Shown: positions 1 to 8,365, counted from the first letter of the stretch. The stretch is 29,542 nt of DNA from a virus (IMGVR_UViG_3300009512_000045:1-29542), one strand, 5' to 3'. Program-made: numbers and translations. The notes: generated by a model from the letters alone, not told the origin.

Positions 1-1
1 G

Positions 2-1030
2 TATCTTAGATTATTGGTTAGGTTTTTTGAAAATAGGGGGTTTATTCCTCTTGTATTAGATACGGATGGTTGTAATTTTAGTGTACCCGAATCAACAAAA
101 GAATATAATTATGTTGGTAAAGGGGTACATCATTTTGTTGAAAAGGGTAAAGAGTATGATGGAACAGCAGCGGTGGTTGCCGAATTTAACGATACATACA
201 TGAGAGGGGTTATGGGTTTAGATATAGATGGTTTTTGGAAATCCTCCATAAATATTTCTCGTAAGAATTATGCTGATTTAACCGAGGATGGTAAAGTAGA
301 TATTGTTGGTAACACTATTAAATCAAAGGCGTTACCAGAATATATTAAAGAGTTTATTGACATAGGGTTAGAGATGTTATTAAATAATAAAGGACCTGAA
401 TTTATAGAATATTATTATGAACACTTACAAAATATTTACGATTGTAGTATTCCACTTAAAAAAATAGCTTCTAAGTCCAGAATAAAAAGAACAACTAAAT
501 CATATATTAATAGGGGTAATAATAAAGCTGGTAACCCACTACCTTCCCAAGCCCATATGGAATTGGTTATGAAGAACGATGTTAGGGTTAGTCTTGGTGA
601 TACAATATTCTATGTTAATAATGGTACAAGGGCTTCTCATGGTGATATACAAAAGAAAAAGGGGATAGTAACTTTTAACTGTTATATGTTAGACAAAAAC
701 CAAATGGATAACGACCCAAACCTAAAAGGTGAATACAATAAAGCCAGATATGTTTCTAATTTTAATAAAAGAGTAAAACCTTTATTAGTTTCTTTCGACC
801 CAGCAATAAGAGATAATGTATTAAAAGGGGTAGACAAAAAGGGAGAGTTAGAACCTAGGGAATATTATACTAAATCACAAATGGGTTTAATTTCTGGAAT
901 ACCTTTTACGGAAAAAGACCAAGATACAATGGAGGATTTAATGAAAATGGATGAGAGAGAAGAAGTGTTCTGGGGTCAGATAAATAGTTCACCAAAAGAA
1001 AGTTTAATGTCTGTTCTAGACTTAAAATAA
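2..1030 (+). CDS. Family B DNA polymerase, C-terminal part (palm motif C and thumb); 5'-truncated by the window edge
   Basis: The frame is open from nt 2 (YLRLLVRFFE...), so the TTG at 14 is not the real start. It contains motif C LVLDTDG, then SRKNYA and VGNTIKS, matching the PolB KKxY / KG-like motifs, and a thumb-like LGDTIFYV...YNKARY region. Confidence 0.9.
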   Translation, partial: YLRLLVRFFENRGFIPLVLDTDGCNFSVPESTKEYNYVGKGVHHFVEKGKEYDGTAAVVAEFNDTYMRGVMGLDIDGFWKSSINISRKNYADLTEDGKVDIVGNTIKSKALPEYIKEFIDIGLEMLLNNKGPEFIEYYYEHLQNIYDCSIPLKKIASKSRIKRTTKSYINRGNNKAGNPLPSQAHMELVMKNDVRVSLGDTIFYVNNGTRASHGDIQKKKGIVTFNCYMLDKNQMDNDPNLKGEYNKARYVSNFNKRVKPLLVSFDPAIRDNVLKGVDKKGELEPREYYTKSQMGLISGIPFTEKDQDTMEDLMKMDEREEVFWGQINSSPKESLMSVLDLK

Positions 1031-1071
1031 ACAAATCAACACAAAATACTAAACGTTTTATCAGGGTTTGA

Positions 1072-1079
1072 TATTTATA
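1072..1079 (+). promoter_or_regulatory. Putative late-promoter motif TATTTATA
   Basis: Intergenic ATATTTATAG ending 16 nt before ATG 1096; CGTTTTA lies 11 nt upstream at 1054-1060. The same motif recurs before other transcription units. Confidence 0.6.
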
Positions 1080-1095
1080 GTATAAAAGAAATACT

Positions 1096-1677
1096 ATGAA
1101 GAAAAAAAGATTGGAAGAATTAATAGACGCGACAGGTAGTATAATATCTGGAGATGGGACTATTAATCATGATTTTGGTAGTGAAAAGACCTCAGACCAG
1201 TTTGAAAAAATGAGTAGACAAGGGGCTTCCAATTTTTATGGATATAGGAGATTTTGGGGGGAAGACGATACTAATAAACCTTATTCAGAATTGGCGGATA
1301 AACTACAAAATGACCCTAAAAAGTTCTATTCTATTCTTAAAAAGAATAATAAAGTAAATAAGTTCACAAATTATTTTACTAACGACCCTGTTACAGAGTC
1401 AGAAGATTTAATGAAAGATATGTTAGAAGACATAGTTAAGAATAGGATGGGTCATGAACTTAAACCAAAAAAGGTTCCGGAAATTATGTCACTAGAAGAG
1501 TATTCGGATAAAGACCCTATTTTAGCAAAATGGGTTTTGTTAGTGAAAGAACTTTGGATGGAAAGAGAAAATGAAGATAGAGTAACAATACTTACTGGAC
1601 TAATAAAAGACATTAATTTTCAAGAAGTGGACCCAAATATTAAAAATATTTTAATAAATAGAATTAATGGCGAATAG
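1096..1677 (+). CDS. Hypothetical phage protein (193 aa)
   Basis: ATG start after the promoter motif; charged helical composition; stop overlaps the next gene's start region. Confidence 0.8.
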   Translation: MKKKRLEELIDATGSIISGDGTINHDFGSEKTSDQFEKMSRQGASNFYGYRRFWGEDDTNKPYSELADKLQNDPKKFYSILKKNNKVNKFTNYFTNDPVTESEDLMKDMLEDIVKNRMGHELKPKKVPEIMSLEEYSDKDPILAKWVLLVKELWMERENEDRVTILTGLIKDINFQEVDPNIKNILINRINGE

Positions 1678-2143
1678 TGACTTATATGGTAATAAATGGA
1701 CAGTACCTAATAATGTTATTACTAAATTAAATAAAGAACTTAGTAATAGTAATACTTCTTTGGCTGGTTATAAGAGGGCTAAGAATATCGTTAGTGATAA
1801 AACAATGAGTTATTCTATGTTGAAGAGGTTGAAAAATTTTTTCGATTCGTTCTCTGGAAATAAGAGTAGTTCCGAATATTTAATAAACGGAGGTGATTCC
1901 ATGAAGACCTGGGTAACTAACACTTTAGATAGTTCAAGGGGGGATATAGTTAGGAATAAAAGAAATAAGAGTGATTCCGGAATGAATAATCAGTTTAAGA
2001 AGACACATTCTAAGGATAGAAATAATAAAAACGTCACCAAAAGTAATGTAGCAGTTATAAAAAGTGATAGTAGGTCAATAAAAAATAATAGAGCAGTCTA
2101 TAAAGAAATGACCCAATTAATAAGTAAATTAATAAAAAATTAA
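1667..2143 (+). CDS. Hypothetical basic protein (158 aa), possible head-morphogenesis-associated helical domain
   Basis: Pattern GYKRAKNI...MSYSMLKRLKNFF...YLINGGDSMKTWV resembles a domain I recall in phage head or protease-associated proteins; K/N/S-rich tail. The functional call is weak. Confidence 0.7.
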   Translation: MANSDLYGNKWTVPNNVITKLNKELSNSNTSLAGYKRAKNIVSDKTMSYSMLKRLKNFFDSFSGNKSSSEYLINGGDSMKTWVTNTLDSSRGDIVRNKRNKSDSGMNNQFKKTHSKDRNNKNVTKSNVAVIKSDSRSIKNNRAVYKEMTQLISKLIKN

Positions 2144-2147
2144 AATT

Positions 2148-2483
2148 ATGGCACAAACAATTGATGAAACAGCAAACGCAAAACGAGCAGAATTTTTCGC
2201 ATTAAACCAAAGTAAGTTTGGTTACAATGAATCTGTTGCGTATGGTTATAACCACCCTAACGCTCAGTCTGATGGAGATACTAAGGGAAGGGGTAACTCA
2301 GATTATGCTGGTGGTGCTGTTGGTGGGTACGCAGCCCCTTCAGATGCTGAAGTTGGTACGAGTATCGATAGGAAAAAAAGGGATGAAGCTATCTCTTACA
2401 ACGAAGGAATAACAGGAATGGCCCCTAAGACACCATACACAGGACCAGAATTACCAGATTACCCATACCAATCTAATCCTTAA
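2148..2483 (+). CDS. Hypothetical phage protein (111 aa, Gly/Tyr/Pro-rich, likely disordered)
   Basis: ATG 4 nt after the upstream stop and tightly packed in the operon. Confidence 0.75.
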   Translation: MAQTIDETANAKRAEFFALNQSKFGYNESVAYGYNHPNAQSDGDTKGRGNSDYAGGAVGGYAAPSDAEVGTSIDRKKRDEAISYNEGITGMAPKTPYTGPELPDYPYQSNP

Positions 2484-2491
2484 AACGAATA

Positions 2492-2860
2492 ATGAAACTA
2501 TCCTCAATATATAAAGAGTTAGTCTTAGAGTCGGTTAATAGGAGTGAGATCATACGCGCAATTGATGGTAATAATATTTGTACAATATATTATGAAGGTG
2601 ATACGATTTCTAACCCAGGATATAGGGAAATAGAACCCTATGTTTACGGAATGTCAAAGAGAGATAACCCGGTTATTAGAGCTTTTCAACTGGAAGGTAA
2701 AAGTGACACCCCAGAAAACATGCCTGGTTGGAGGTTATTTAGGGTGGATAGAATGGTTGACTTTATTAATAGTGGTGATATATTTAACGAACCGAAAGCC
2801 TTATATAACCCTAGTGGAGATAAGGATATGACGAGAATATATGCACAAGCAAAATTTTAA
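2492..2860 (+). CDS. Stand-alone WYL-domain (Sm/SH3-like) protein
   Basis: Typical WYL pattern: IIRAI...CTIYY...REIEPYVYG...VIRAFQ...WRLFRVDRM. No HTH domain is present. Confidence 0.8.
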   Translation: MKLSSIYKELVLESVNRSEIIRAIDGNNICTIYYEGDTISNPGYREIEPYVYGMSKRDNPVIRAFQLEGKSDTPENMPGWRLFRVDRMVDFINSGDIFNEPKALYNPSGDKDMTRIYAQAKF

Positions 2861-2862
2861 TT

Positions 2863-3468
2863 ATGGCAGAAGTACCAGTAGATATAAATAGATTAGCCGG
2901 GGTCTTAAATAGGTCAAAGGCTTTATTAGACTCAGTAGAAACACAGATGGGACCAAGTGGAGACGGTGGTACTTATAGTCAAAAAAGTATTAGTGAAAAT
3001 AGATCAGCCCCATTACCAAGTGGTATGGTGGACTCTTCTAAAATGTTATCAAGTTTACCACAAGGACAAACACCTCAAATAAATTCTGACCCAACTAAAC
3101 CTATTGGTAGGTCTTTAAGGAATAGTAAGACAACAAAAATGCCTAAAGCAGTGGTAGAGGCAATGATAAACAGTGTGGGTAGTGACCCAGCTGCTCTTAT
3201 GGTGGATTTAGACCCGGAATTAGTTAACATGATTAACCCTAATGGTGCTAAAAAGAAAACACAGATAATCGAAGAGGATTTTCCACAACACACACCCCCA
3301 CATCAAGAAAGTAGTTTTAATCGAAAAGAAATAAAAAGTTTAATTAAAGAAGTTGTTGGAGAGTTAATAGTGGAGAGAGAGGTTGACGAACAGGTACAGA
3401 TTAGAGTTGGAGATACTATATTCACCGGAAAAATAACAAAATCAAAATCAATAAACAAAAAAGCTTAA
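2863..3468 (+). CDS. Hypothetical phage protein (201 aa)
   Basis: ATG 2 nt after the upstream stop; low-complexity middle; C-terminal helix and hairpin IKSLIKEVVGELIVE...QIRVGDTIFTGKI. Confidence 0.8.
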   Translation: MAEVPVDINRLAGVLNRSKALLDSVETQMGPSGDGGTYSQKSISENRSAPLPSGMVDSSKMLSSLPQGQTPQINSDPTKPIGRSLRNSKTTKMPKAVVEAMINSVGSDPAALMVDLDPELVNMINPNGAKKKTQIIEEDFPQHTPPHQESSFNRKEIKSLIKEVVGELIVEREVDEQVQIRVGDTIFTGKITKSKSINKKA

Positions 3469-3470
3469 TT

Positions 3471-3548
3471 ATGGAAAATTCTTGTAAAGGTAAAAAAGGC
3501 GGATGTTTATCCTCTAGTGATAGTGGAAGTACAGCTTCTGAGAAATAA
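3471..3548 (+). CDS. Possible 25-aa peptide MENSCKGKKGGCLSSSDSGSTASEK
   Basis: ATG 2 nt after the previous stop, in the same TAA-TT-ATGG context as the 2860/2863 junction. It is below the ORF-track size cutoff. Confidence 0.35.
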   Translation: MENSCKGKKGGCLSSSDSGSTASEK

Positions 3549-3590
3549 GACAACCCCCCAATCAATATATTCGTTTTAGTATATTCTTAA

Positions 3591-3598
3591 TATTTATA
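3591..3598 (+). promoter_or_regulatory. Putative late-promoter motif TATTTATA inside an inverted repeat
   Basis: Ends 17 nt before ATG 3616; flanked by TATATTCTT (3580-3588) and AAGAATATA (3603-3611); CGTTTTA at 3572-3578. Confidence 0.6.
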
Positions 3599-3615
3599 TA
3601 TAAAGAATATATCCT

Positions 3616-4737
3616 ATGGCAACAAATATAACTCCGGACGACAGATTAGACCTATTCACAAAAACTAGACATCGTTTAGGTGCTCCAGTTAGAAAGGTAG
3701 AGATAACTAACGATCAATTAGACACATTACTAGCAATAGCGGTAGAGGATTATGTACAATACCAATATGAATGGTTAGTGGATAACCAATGGCCATCATT
3801 AATTGGGTTGGATGTTAGTGAGGCAGATGCCGCGGCTAACTTAACAACAAGAGATTTTGACTACGAAACACAATTTACATATGCATATTCTAAAGCAGTT
3901 GGATTACAATCAAGGGGTCCGTGGGAATTAAAAACTGATTTTGTTACTCTTGTTGAGAATCAACAACAATATTTAATCCCAGCAAATAGAGAATTAAATG
4001 AAGTATTATGGTTTACACCTCCTAGTTTGGACCAATCAGTTATTGACCCATTTATGGGTGTTGGTGGTGCTTTTGGTGGTGGTTTTGGTGGTGAAGGTGG
4101 TTTAGCTCAGTTTGGTATGGGTTCTTATTACGTAATGCCGGCTTTTGACGTTTTATTAAGACAGTCAGATAGAAACCTTAAAAATAGAATGATAAGAGGT
4201 GATTTAACCTATAAAGTAACGGCAGCACCTAGTGGACAAAGGTATCTTTGGATAATGCCAGTTCCAGGTGGTAAAAAAGATTACGGACTAAGTACATTAT
4301 TCAAAGGTAAGGTATGGTATAGGTATTATGAAATTACTCCAGAGAATAACGACCAAGATAGGGAAGCTTGTCTAGAAGCAAATACAGATGTTATTAAATT
4401 ACCATCAGATGTTCCATTGGATTCTATTGATTATTCTTCTTTGAATTTACCCTCTAAGATATGGGTTCGTAGATACCTTTTGGGGTTAGCTAAGGAAACA
4501 TTAGGTCGTATAAGAGGAAAATTTTCAGGAGCATTAAATATTCCCGGGGCCGAAGTATCTATGGATTATCAATCATTATTAGACGAAGGAAAAGATGAAC
4601 AAGCTAAACTTATCGAAGAGTTAGGTGAAAGATTAACAAGTATGAGTAACTTTGGACAAACTGAACAGAGAGCAAGTGAGGCAGAATCAATAAATAAATC
4701 TCTACAATACAGACCATTAGGGCTGTACGTAATATAG
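3616..4737 (+). CDS. Neck protein / head-tail adaptor, T4 gp13-like
   Basis: N-terminal RLGAPVRKVEITNDQLD and C-terminal WVRRYLLGLAKETLGRIRGKFSGALNIPGAEVSMDYQSLL match my recollection of gp13-family motifs; it lies upstream of gp14-like and gp15-like genes. Confidence 0.8.
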   Translation: MATNITPDDRLDLFTKTRHRLGAPVRKVEITNDQLDTLLAIAVEDYVQYQYEWLVDNQWPSLIGLDVSEADAAANLTTRDFDYETQFTYAYSKAVGLQSRGPWELKTDFVTLVENQQQYLIPANRELNEVLWFTPPSLDQSVIDPFMGVGGAFGGGFGGEGGLAQFGMGSYYVMPAFDVLLRQSDRNLKNRMIRGDLTYKVTAAPSGQRYLWIMPVPGGKKDYGLSTLFKGKVWYRYYEITPENNDQDREACLEANTDVIKLPSDVPLDSIDYSSLNLPSKIWVRRYLLGLAKETLGRIRGKFSGALNIPGAEVSMDYQSLLDEGKDEQAKLIEELGERLTSMSNFGQTEQRASEAESINKSLQYRPLGLYVI

Positions 4738-4743
4738 TTTCTT

Positions 4744-5937
4744 ATGGCGTTTACAACATTAGTTGATTATTCAAGACAATTAACACAAACCCCAAACACA
4801 AGTGCGGTTTTTTCTGGTGATACAGAAATATTGGGTAGTCTCACATTAGGGTCAATTTACTCTAACGGACTATCTGATTACTCAGAATTATATTTTAGTT
4901 CCAGTACACTAACAACATCACCCTCAATTAGATACAACCCACTATTAAAGAATTGGTTATTTAAGGTGAGTGACCCTACCGACGCTAGTGCAACTGAATT
5001 CCAACTTAACAGAGTAAAATTTACTTTGAATAGTGCGGGTATGAATGGAGAGTTTGGGATGTTTAGTCAACAATCTTTCTTTAGACATACTTCAAATGAT
5101 ATGGATGGTATACAAAACAGTGGTTATCATAACCCAGCTACCGTTATGGTTGTTGGTAGTGGGATAACATCTTCTAGTACCGCATTTACAGTATCAAATT
5201 TTGCTAGTGGTGTAGGTAAGACTGGGTTTACTGTTGATGATGCTATGAATGTTTTTATTGGTGATATGAGACCTCAGGTTGTTGGTACTTCCACATCTCA
5301 TGTTTGGTTAAGAGGTAATACTCTTAATAATGTTGAGTCTCACAAAACTTTGATGATTGGTACTGACGGTCAGGTAGGTGTTAATACCTCTCTTAGGGCG
5401 TTAAAACAAAATATAGATTACGAATACGATAGTTCTTGGATATATGATTTGAAGCCTGTTGAGTTTGAGTTTAGGAAGTTCCCAGGAAAGATAGAATATG
5501 GTTTCATAGCAGAGGACGTAGAAAAAACAAATAAAAACCTAGCAATATATGAATCCGACGGTAGGTTAAGTGGGGTAAAATACGAAGCGATTGCTCCAAT
5601 AATACTTAAGGAATTAATCGAATTACGTAAAACAATAGACCCAACATTCAAAACAACCTATGAGGAAGATAAGGTAAAGGTAATATCTAGTGATCACAGA
5701 GCTATACACGATGGAACAATAATTGCTCGTGGGGGTGGAGATATAAAAATCACAATTTCTGAAAAATTATCAGGGGTAGTGAGAATAAAATCATTGGCTA
5801 ATGTTACTGTAAGTTCTACTCGATTGATTGACGAGAAATGGGGTAAGATGGAATTAGAAGACGGAAGTAGTGTAAGTTTATTGTGTCATGATAATTTTAT
5901 CTACATACTTTCTTCAGACGGAGACAAAACTAAATAG
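4744..5937 (+). CDS. Fibre/collar-like protein with an intramolecular chaperone (peptidase S74) and an extra C-terminal beta domain
   Basis: Ser/Thr/Gly-rich beta N-terminus; TSLRALKQNI (S216/K221)...LKPVEFEF...YGFIAEDVE...VKYEAIAPIILKELIEL is the S74 signature with its coiled coil; about 95 further residues follow. Confidence 0.8.
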   Translation: MAFTTLVDYSRQLTQTPNTSAVFSGDTEILGSLTLGSIYSNGLSDYSELYFSSSTLTTSPSIRYNPLLKNWLFKVSDPTDASATEFQLNRVKFTLNSAGMNGEFGMFSQQSFFRHTSNDMDGIQNSGYHNPATVMVVGSGITSSSTAFTVSNFASGVGKTGFTVDDAMNVFIGDMRPQVVGTSTSHVWLRGNTLNNVESHKTLMIGTDGQVGVNTSLRALKQNIDYEYDSSWIYDLKPVEFEFRKFPGKIEYGFIAEDVEKTNKNLAIYESDGRLSGVKYEAIAPIILKELIELRKTIDPTFKTTYEEDKVKVISSDHRAIHDGTIIARGGGDIKITISEKLSGVVRIKSLANVTVSSTRLIDEKWGKMELEDGSSVSLLCHDNFIYILSSDGDKTK

Positions 5938-7708
5938 ACCCCAAGAGTTGATTCATAAGGCTCTCAACAACATAATCTTCTGAATATTCTCCCATTATAG
6001 TGTCGATGTTTTTTTGTTTACTCTTTAATGATTTATAAATTATCTCTTCTATGGTTTTATCAAAAATTGGATAATAGACGTTAACCTTTTTATTTTGTCC
6101 AATTCGATAAGCCCTATCTTCTGCTTGTGAATGAGATTTCGGTACCCAATCCAAACTATTCATTATTACAACCTCACCCTCTGTTAAAGTAATACCAACA
6201 CCGGCGGAAATTATATTACCAACAAAAACTTTAATGTTTTTATCATTTTGGAATTTGTCTACACTTTCTTCTTTTTGTTCATTAGTCATCGATCCGTTAT
6301 GTCTAACACATATCTTACCAAAGGCATCATAAATCATTTGTTGTTCGTCGTTAAAGTTAGTAAATATTATTACCTTCTTATCTTGTTCAATTAAATCCTT
6401 AGTGAAATTAATGGTGTATTTTGTTTTTTCCTCAGCTAGAAATTTTCTAAGGGTAACCAATTTGGTCATGTGTTCTGCCAAACTAGCGTGACCATGTTTA
6501 ATAGACCAAGTTTTATATTCACCCATTATTTCCTGGTACCCTGAAGCGTTTTCTAATTGATGATATATTGGAGATACTATTTTTGGGGGTAAGTCTAATA
6601 TCTCTTCTTTTTTCCTCCTTAATATTGTGTCTTTTGTGTATTCATGTAACTCCTCTAGGTTTGACGCTCCCTTTGTATCCCATATTAATCTACCCCCTTG
6701 TCCCCTAAATTGTCTAGCATCACAATACCGTTTAACAAAGTTAATCCAGTCTTGAGAAACAGTAGACCTACAAATCTTAAGTAAATTATAAAAATCAATA
6801 GGACGATTAGCGACAGGAGTTCCAGTCAATAACCAAACTCTATTTATTGTTTTAGCAAAGTCCATAACAATCTTAGTTCTTTTTGATGTTGTATTCTTTA
6901 TTGAATGGGCCTCGTCGATAATAATCAAATCAAAATCAGACTTAATTATCTCACTCACCTTAATCTTGGAAATACTTTTATTCTTTGTAGGGATTTCGTG
7001 GAAATTTTTTAATATGTCGTAGTTAATTATGTTCCATTTTTTTGTTTCTCCCCAGACCTTACCGTTTATGATGTTAATTTCTTCCTCGTCGTCATAGTTT
7101 GCAATTTCCTTTTTCCAATTAAGTTTTAATGAAGAGGGACAAATAACCAAAATTCTTTTAATCTTAGTTGTTAAAGCGGCAATAACGGCTGATGTTGTTT
7201 TACCAAGTCCCATATCGTCAGACAAGATAAATCTATCATATTCTAATAGTTTTTTTATCGCTTCCTTTTGGTGTACCATTGGTGGTCTATGTTTGTATAA
7301 AGAATAATCTATTTCACTAACCTCATTTTTTGCTCGATTTTTAATGATATATTTTTTAGGTATCCATAACATAGTCGGAACTTTCTGCTTACTATTAAAT
7401 TTCACCATTACGTGTAATACGTCTAAAGAGTTTGATAATATTTTAACTATCTTAATTTTTACAGGGTTGTTCACTAACAGATGTTGTTCTTGTAACTTGT
7501 TTGCAAAATAAGTAGAAACGGTCACATCCTTATCGACAATAACAGGAACCTTCCGATAATTTTTTTGAATATACTCAATTTGTCTCGGGGTTGGTGTAAC
7601 AGTTCTTGAGTTATTAAACCTAGATTTTAGACTTAGGATATAATCATTCTCCCCAGTATAGGTTCTAACTAAAGAAATATAATCTTTTATACGATTTGGA
7701 TCAAGCAT
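5930..7708 (-). CDS. SNF2-family ATPase/helicase (SMARCAL1/HARP-like)
   Basis: Motif I LSDDMGLGKT, Ia VICPSSLKLNWKKEI, II DEAH, III LLTGTP, V AGVGITL, VI QAEDRAYRIGQ. It overlaps the upstream gene convergently by 8 nt. Confidence 0.93.
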   Translation of the reverse strand: MLDPNRIKDYISLVRTYTGENDYILSLKSRFNNSRTVTPTPRQIEYIQKNYRKVPVIVDKDVTVSTYFANKLQEQHLLVNNPVKIKIVKILSNSLDVLHVMVKFNSKQKVPTMLWIPKKYIIKNRAKNEVSEIDYSLYKHRPPMVHQKEAIKKLLEYDRFILSDDMGLGKTTSAVIAALTTKIKRILVICPSSLKLNWKKEIANYDDEEEINIINGKVWGETKKWNIINYDILKNFHEIPTKNKSISKIKVSEIIKSDFDLIIIDEAHSIKNTTSKRTKIVMDFAKTINRVWLLTGTPVANRPIDFYNLLKICRSTVSQDWINFVKRYCDARQFRGQGGRLIWDTKGASNLEELHEYTKDTILRRKKEEILDLPPKIVSPIYHQLENASGYQEIMGEYKTWSIKHGHASLAEHMTKLVTLRKFLAEEKTKYTINFTKDLIEQDKKVIIFTNFNDEQQMIYDAFGKICVRHNGSMTNEQKEESVDKFQNDKNIKVFVGNIISAGVGITLTEGEVVIMNSLDWVPKSHSQAEDRAYRIGQNKKVNVYYPIFDKTIEEIIYKSLKSKQKNIDTIMGEYSEDYVVESLMNQLLGSI

Positions 7709-7740
7709 GCATTATATATATTATATTGATTGATTAAATA

Positions 7741-7780
7741 ATTATTAGTTATTATAAGTTATTAATAGTTATTAGTAGCG
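7741..7780. repeat. Four imperfect 10-bp tandem repeats (ATTAnnAGTT)
   Basis: attattagtt / attataagtt / attaatagtt / attagtagcg in the divergent intergenic region. Confidence 0.6.
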
Positions 7781-7786
7781 TGCTTA

Positions 7787-7815
7787 ATGCTAATTATTAA
7801 TTATAACTAAGTCAA
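7787..7815 (-). promoter_or_regulatory. Possible sigma70-type promoter for the SNF2 gene
   Basis: Minus strand reads TTGACT-N17-TAGCAT (-35 at 7810-7815, -10 at 7787-7792). The AT-rich context makes a chance match possible. Confidence 0.4.
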
Positions 7816-7818
7816 GAG

Positions 7819-7826
7819 TATTTATA
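7819..7826 (+). promoter_or_regulatory. Putative late-promoter motif TATTTATA
   Basis: GTATTTATAG ends only 4 nt before ATG 7831. This gene follows a divergent gene, so it needs its own promoter. Confidence 0.6.
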
Positions 7827-7830
7827 GTAT

Positions 7831-8364
7831 ATGGAGAACAATCAGAACCAACAAACTAAAGTACCAATTACAAGATTAAATAAATTCTTTGATGACCAAG
7901 ATTTTGGTTTAGAAGTGGATTTCGGTAGAGAGTACATGGAGGGGGACCTACATGTGACCATAGTGTTATTTAGTATTGATATTGAAGAAACTGACACTGA
8001 TGATGTATATAAAGAAGTTAATGCGGAAAATGTACGTTTTCATCCACCGGTCGAGTTATTAGTTAATTTAGAAATAGCAGCTGGGGAAAACCAAACCTAT
8101 AACCCTAATGGAACATTAAGATATAGAGATTATGGTAATATGACCTTTAATATTTTTGAACAACAATTAGAACAAAAACAAAGTGAGATTAAATACGGTG
8201 ATTATATAGGATATAGGGATAGTGAAGAGACAATGAAATATTGGGTTGTGGTTAATGATGGTAAGATTATATCGGACAACGAACATACAATATTTGGATA
8301 TAAAGGAGCGGTAAGAACTGTTGAGTGTACAGTTGCCGACAGAAACGAATTTAAGGCAATATAA
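7831..8364 (+). CDS. Head completion / neck protein, T4 gp14-like
   Basis: Acidic 177-aa protein with DDVYKEV...F.PPVEL and IKYGDYIGY; located between gp13-like and gp15-like genes. Confidence 0.65.
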   Translation: MENNQNQQTKVPITRLNKFFDDQDFGLEVDFGREYMEGDLHVTIVLFSIDIEETDTDDVYKEVNAENVRFHPPVELLVNLEIAAGENQTYNPNGTLRYRDYGNMTFNIFEQQLEQKQSEIKYGDYIGYRDSEETMKYWVVVNDGKIISDNEHTIFGYKGAVRTVECTVADRNEFKAI

Positions 8365-8365
8365 C

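Noticed and set aside
14-16. TTG as the polymerase start, or a split polymerase
   Set aside because: The frame is open to the window edge; it is simply truncated.
4057-4122. GGT-rich repeat in the neck gene
   Set aside because: It encodes a Gly-rich loop (GVGGAFGGGFGGEGG); protein low complexity rather than a DNA element.
8321-8365. TTG start for the gp15-like gene
   Set aside because: It overlaps the upstream gene by 44 nt; ATG 8366 directly follows the stop.
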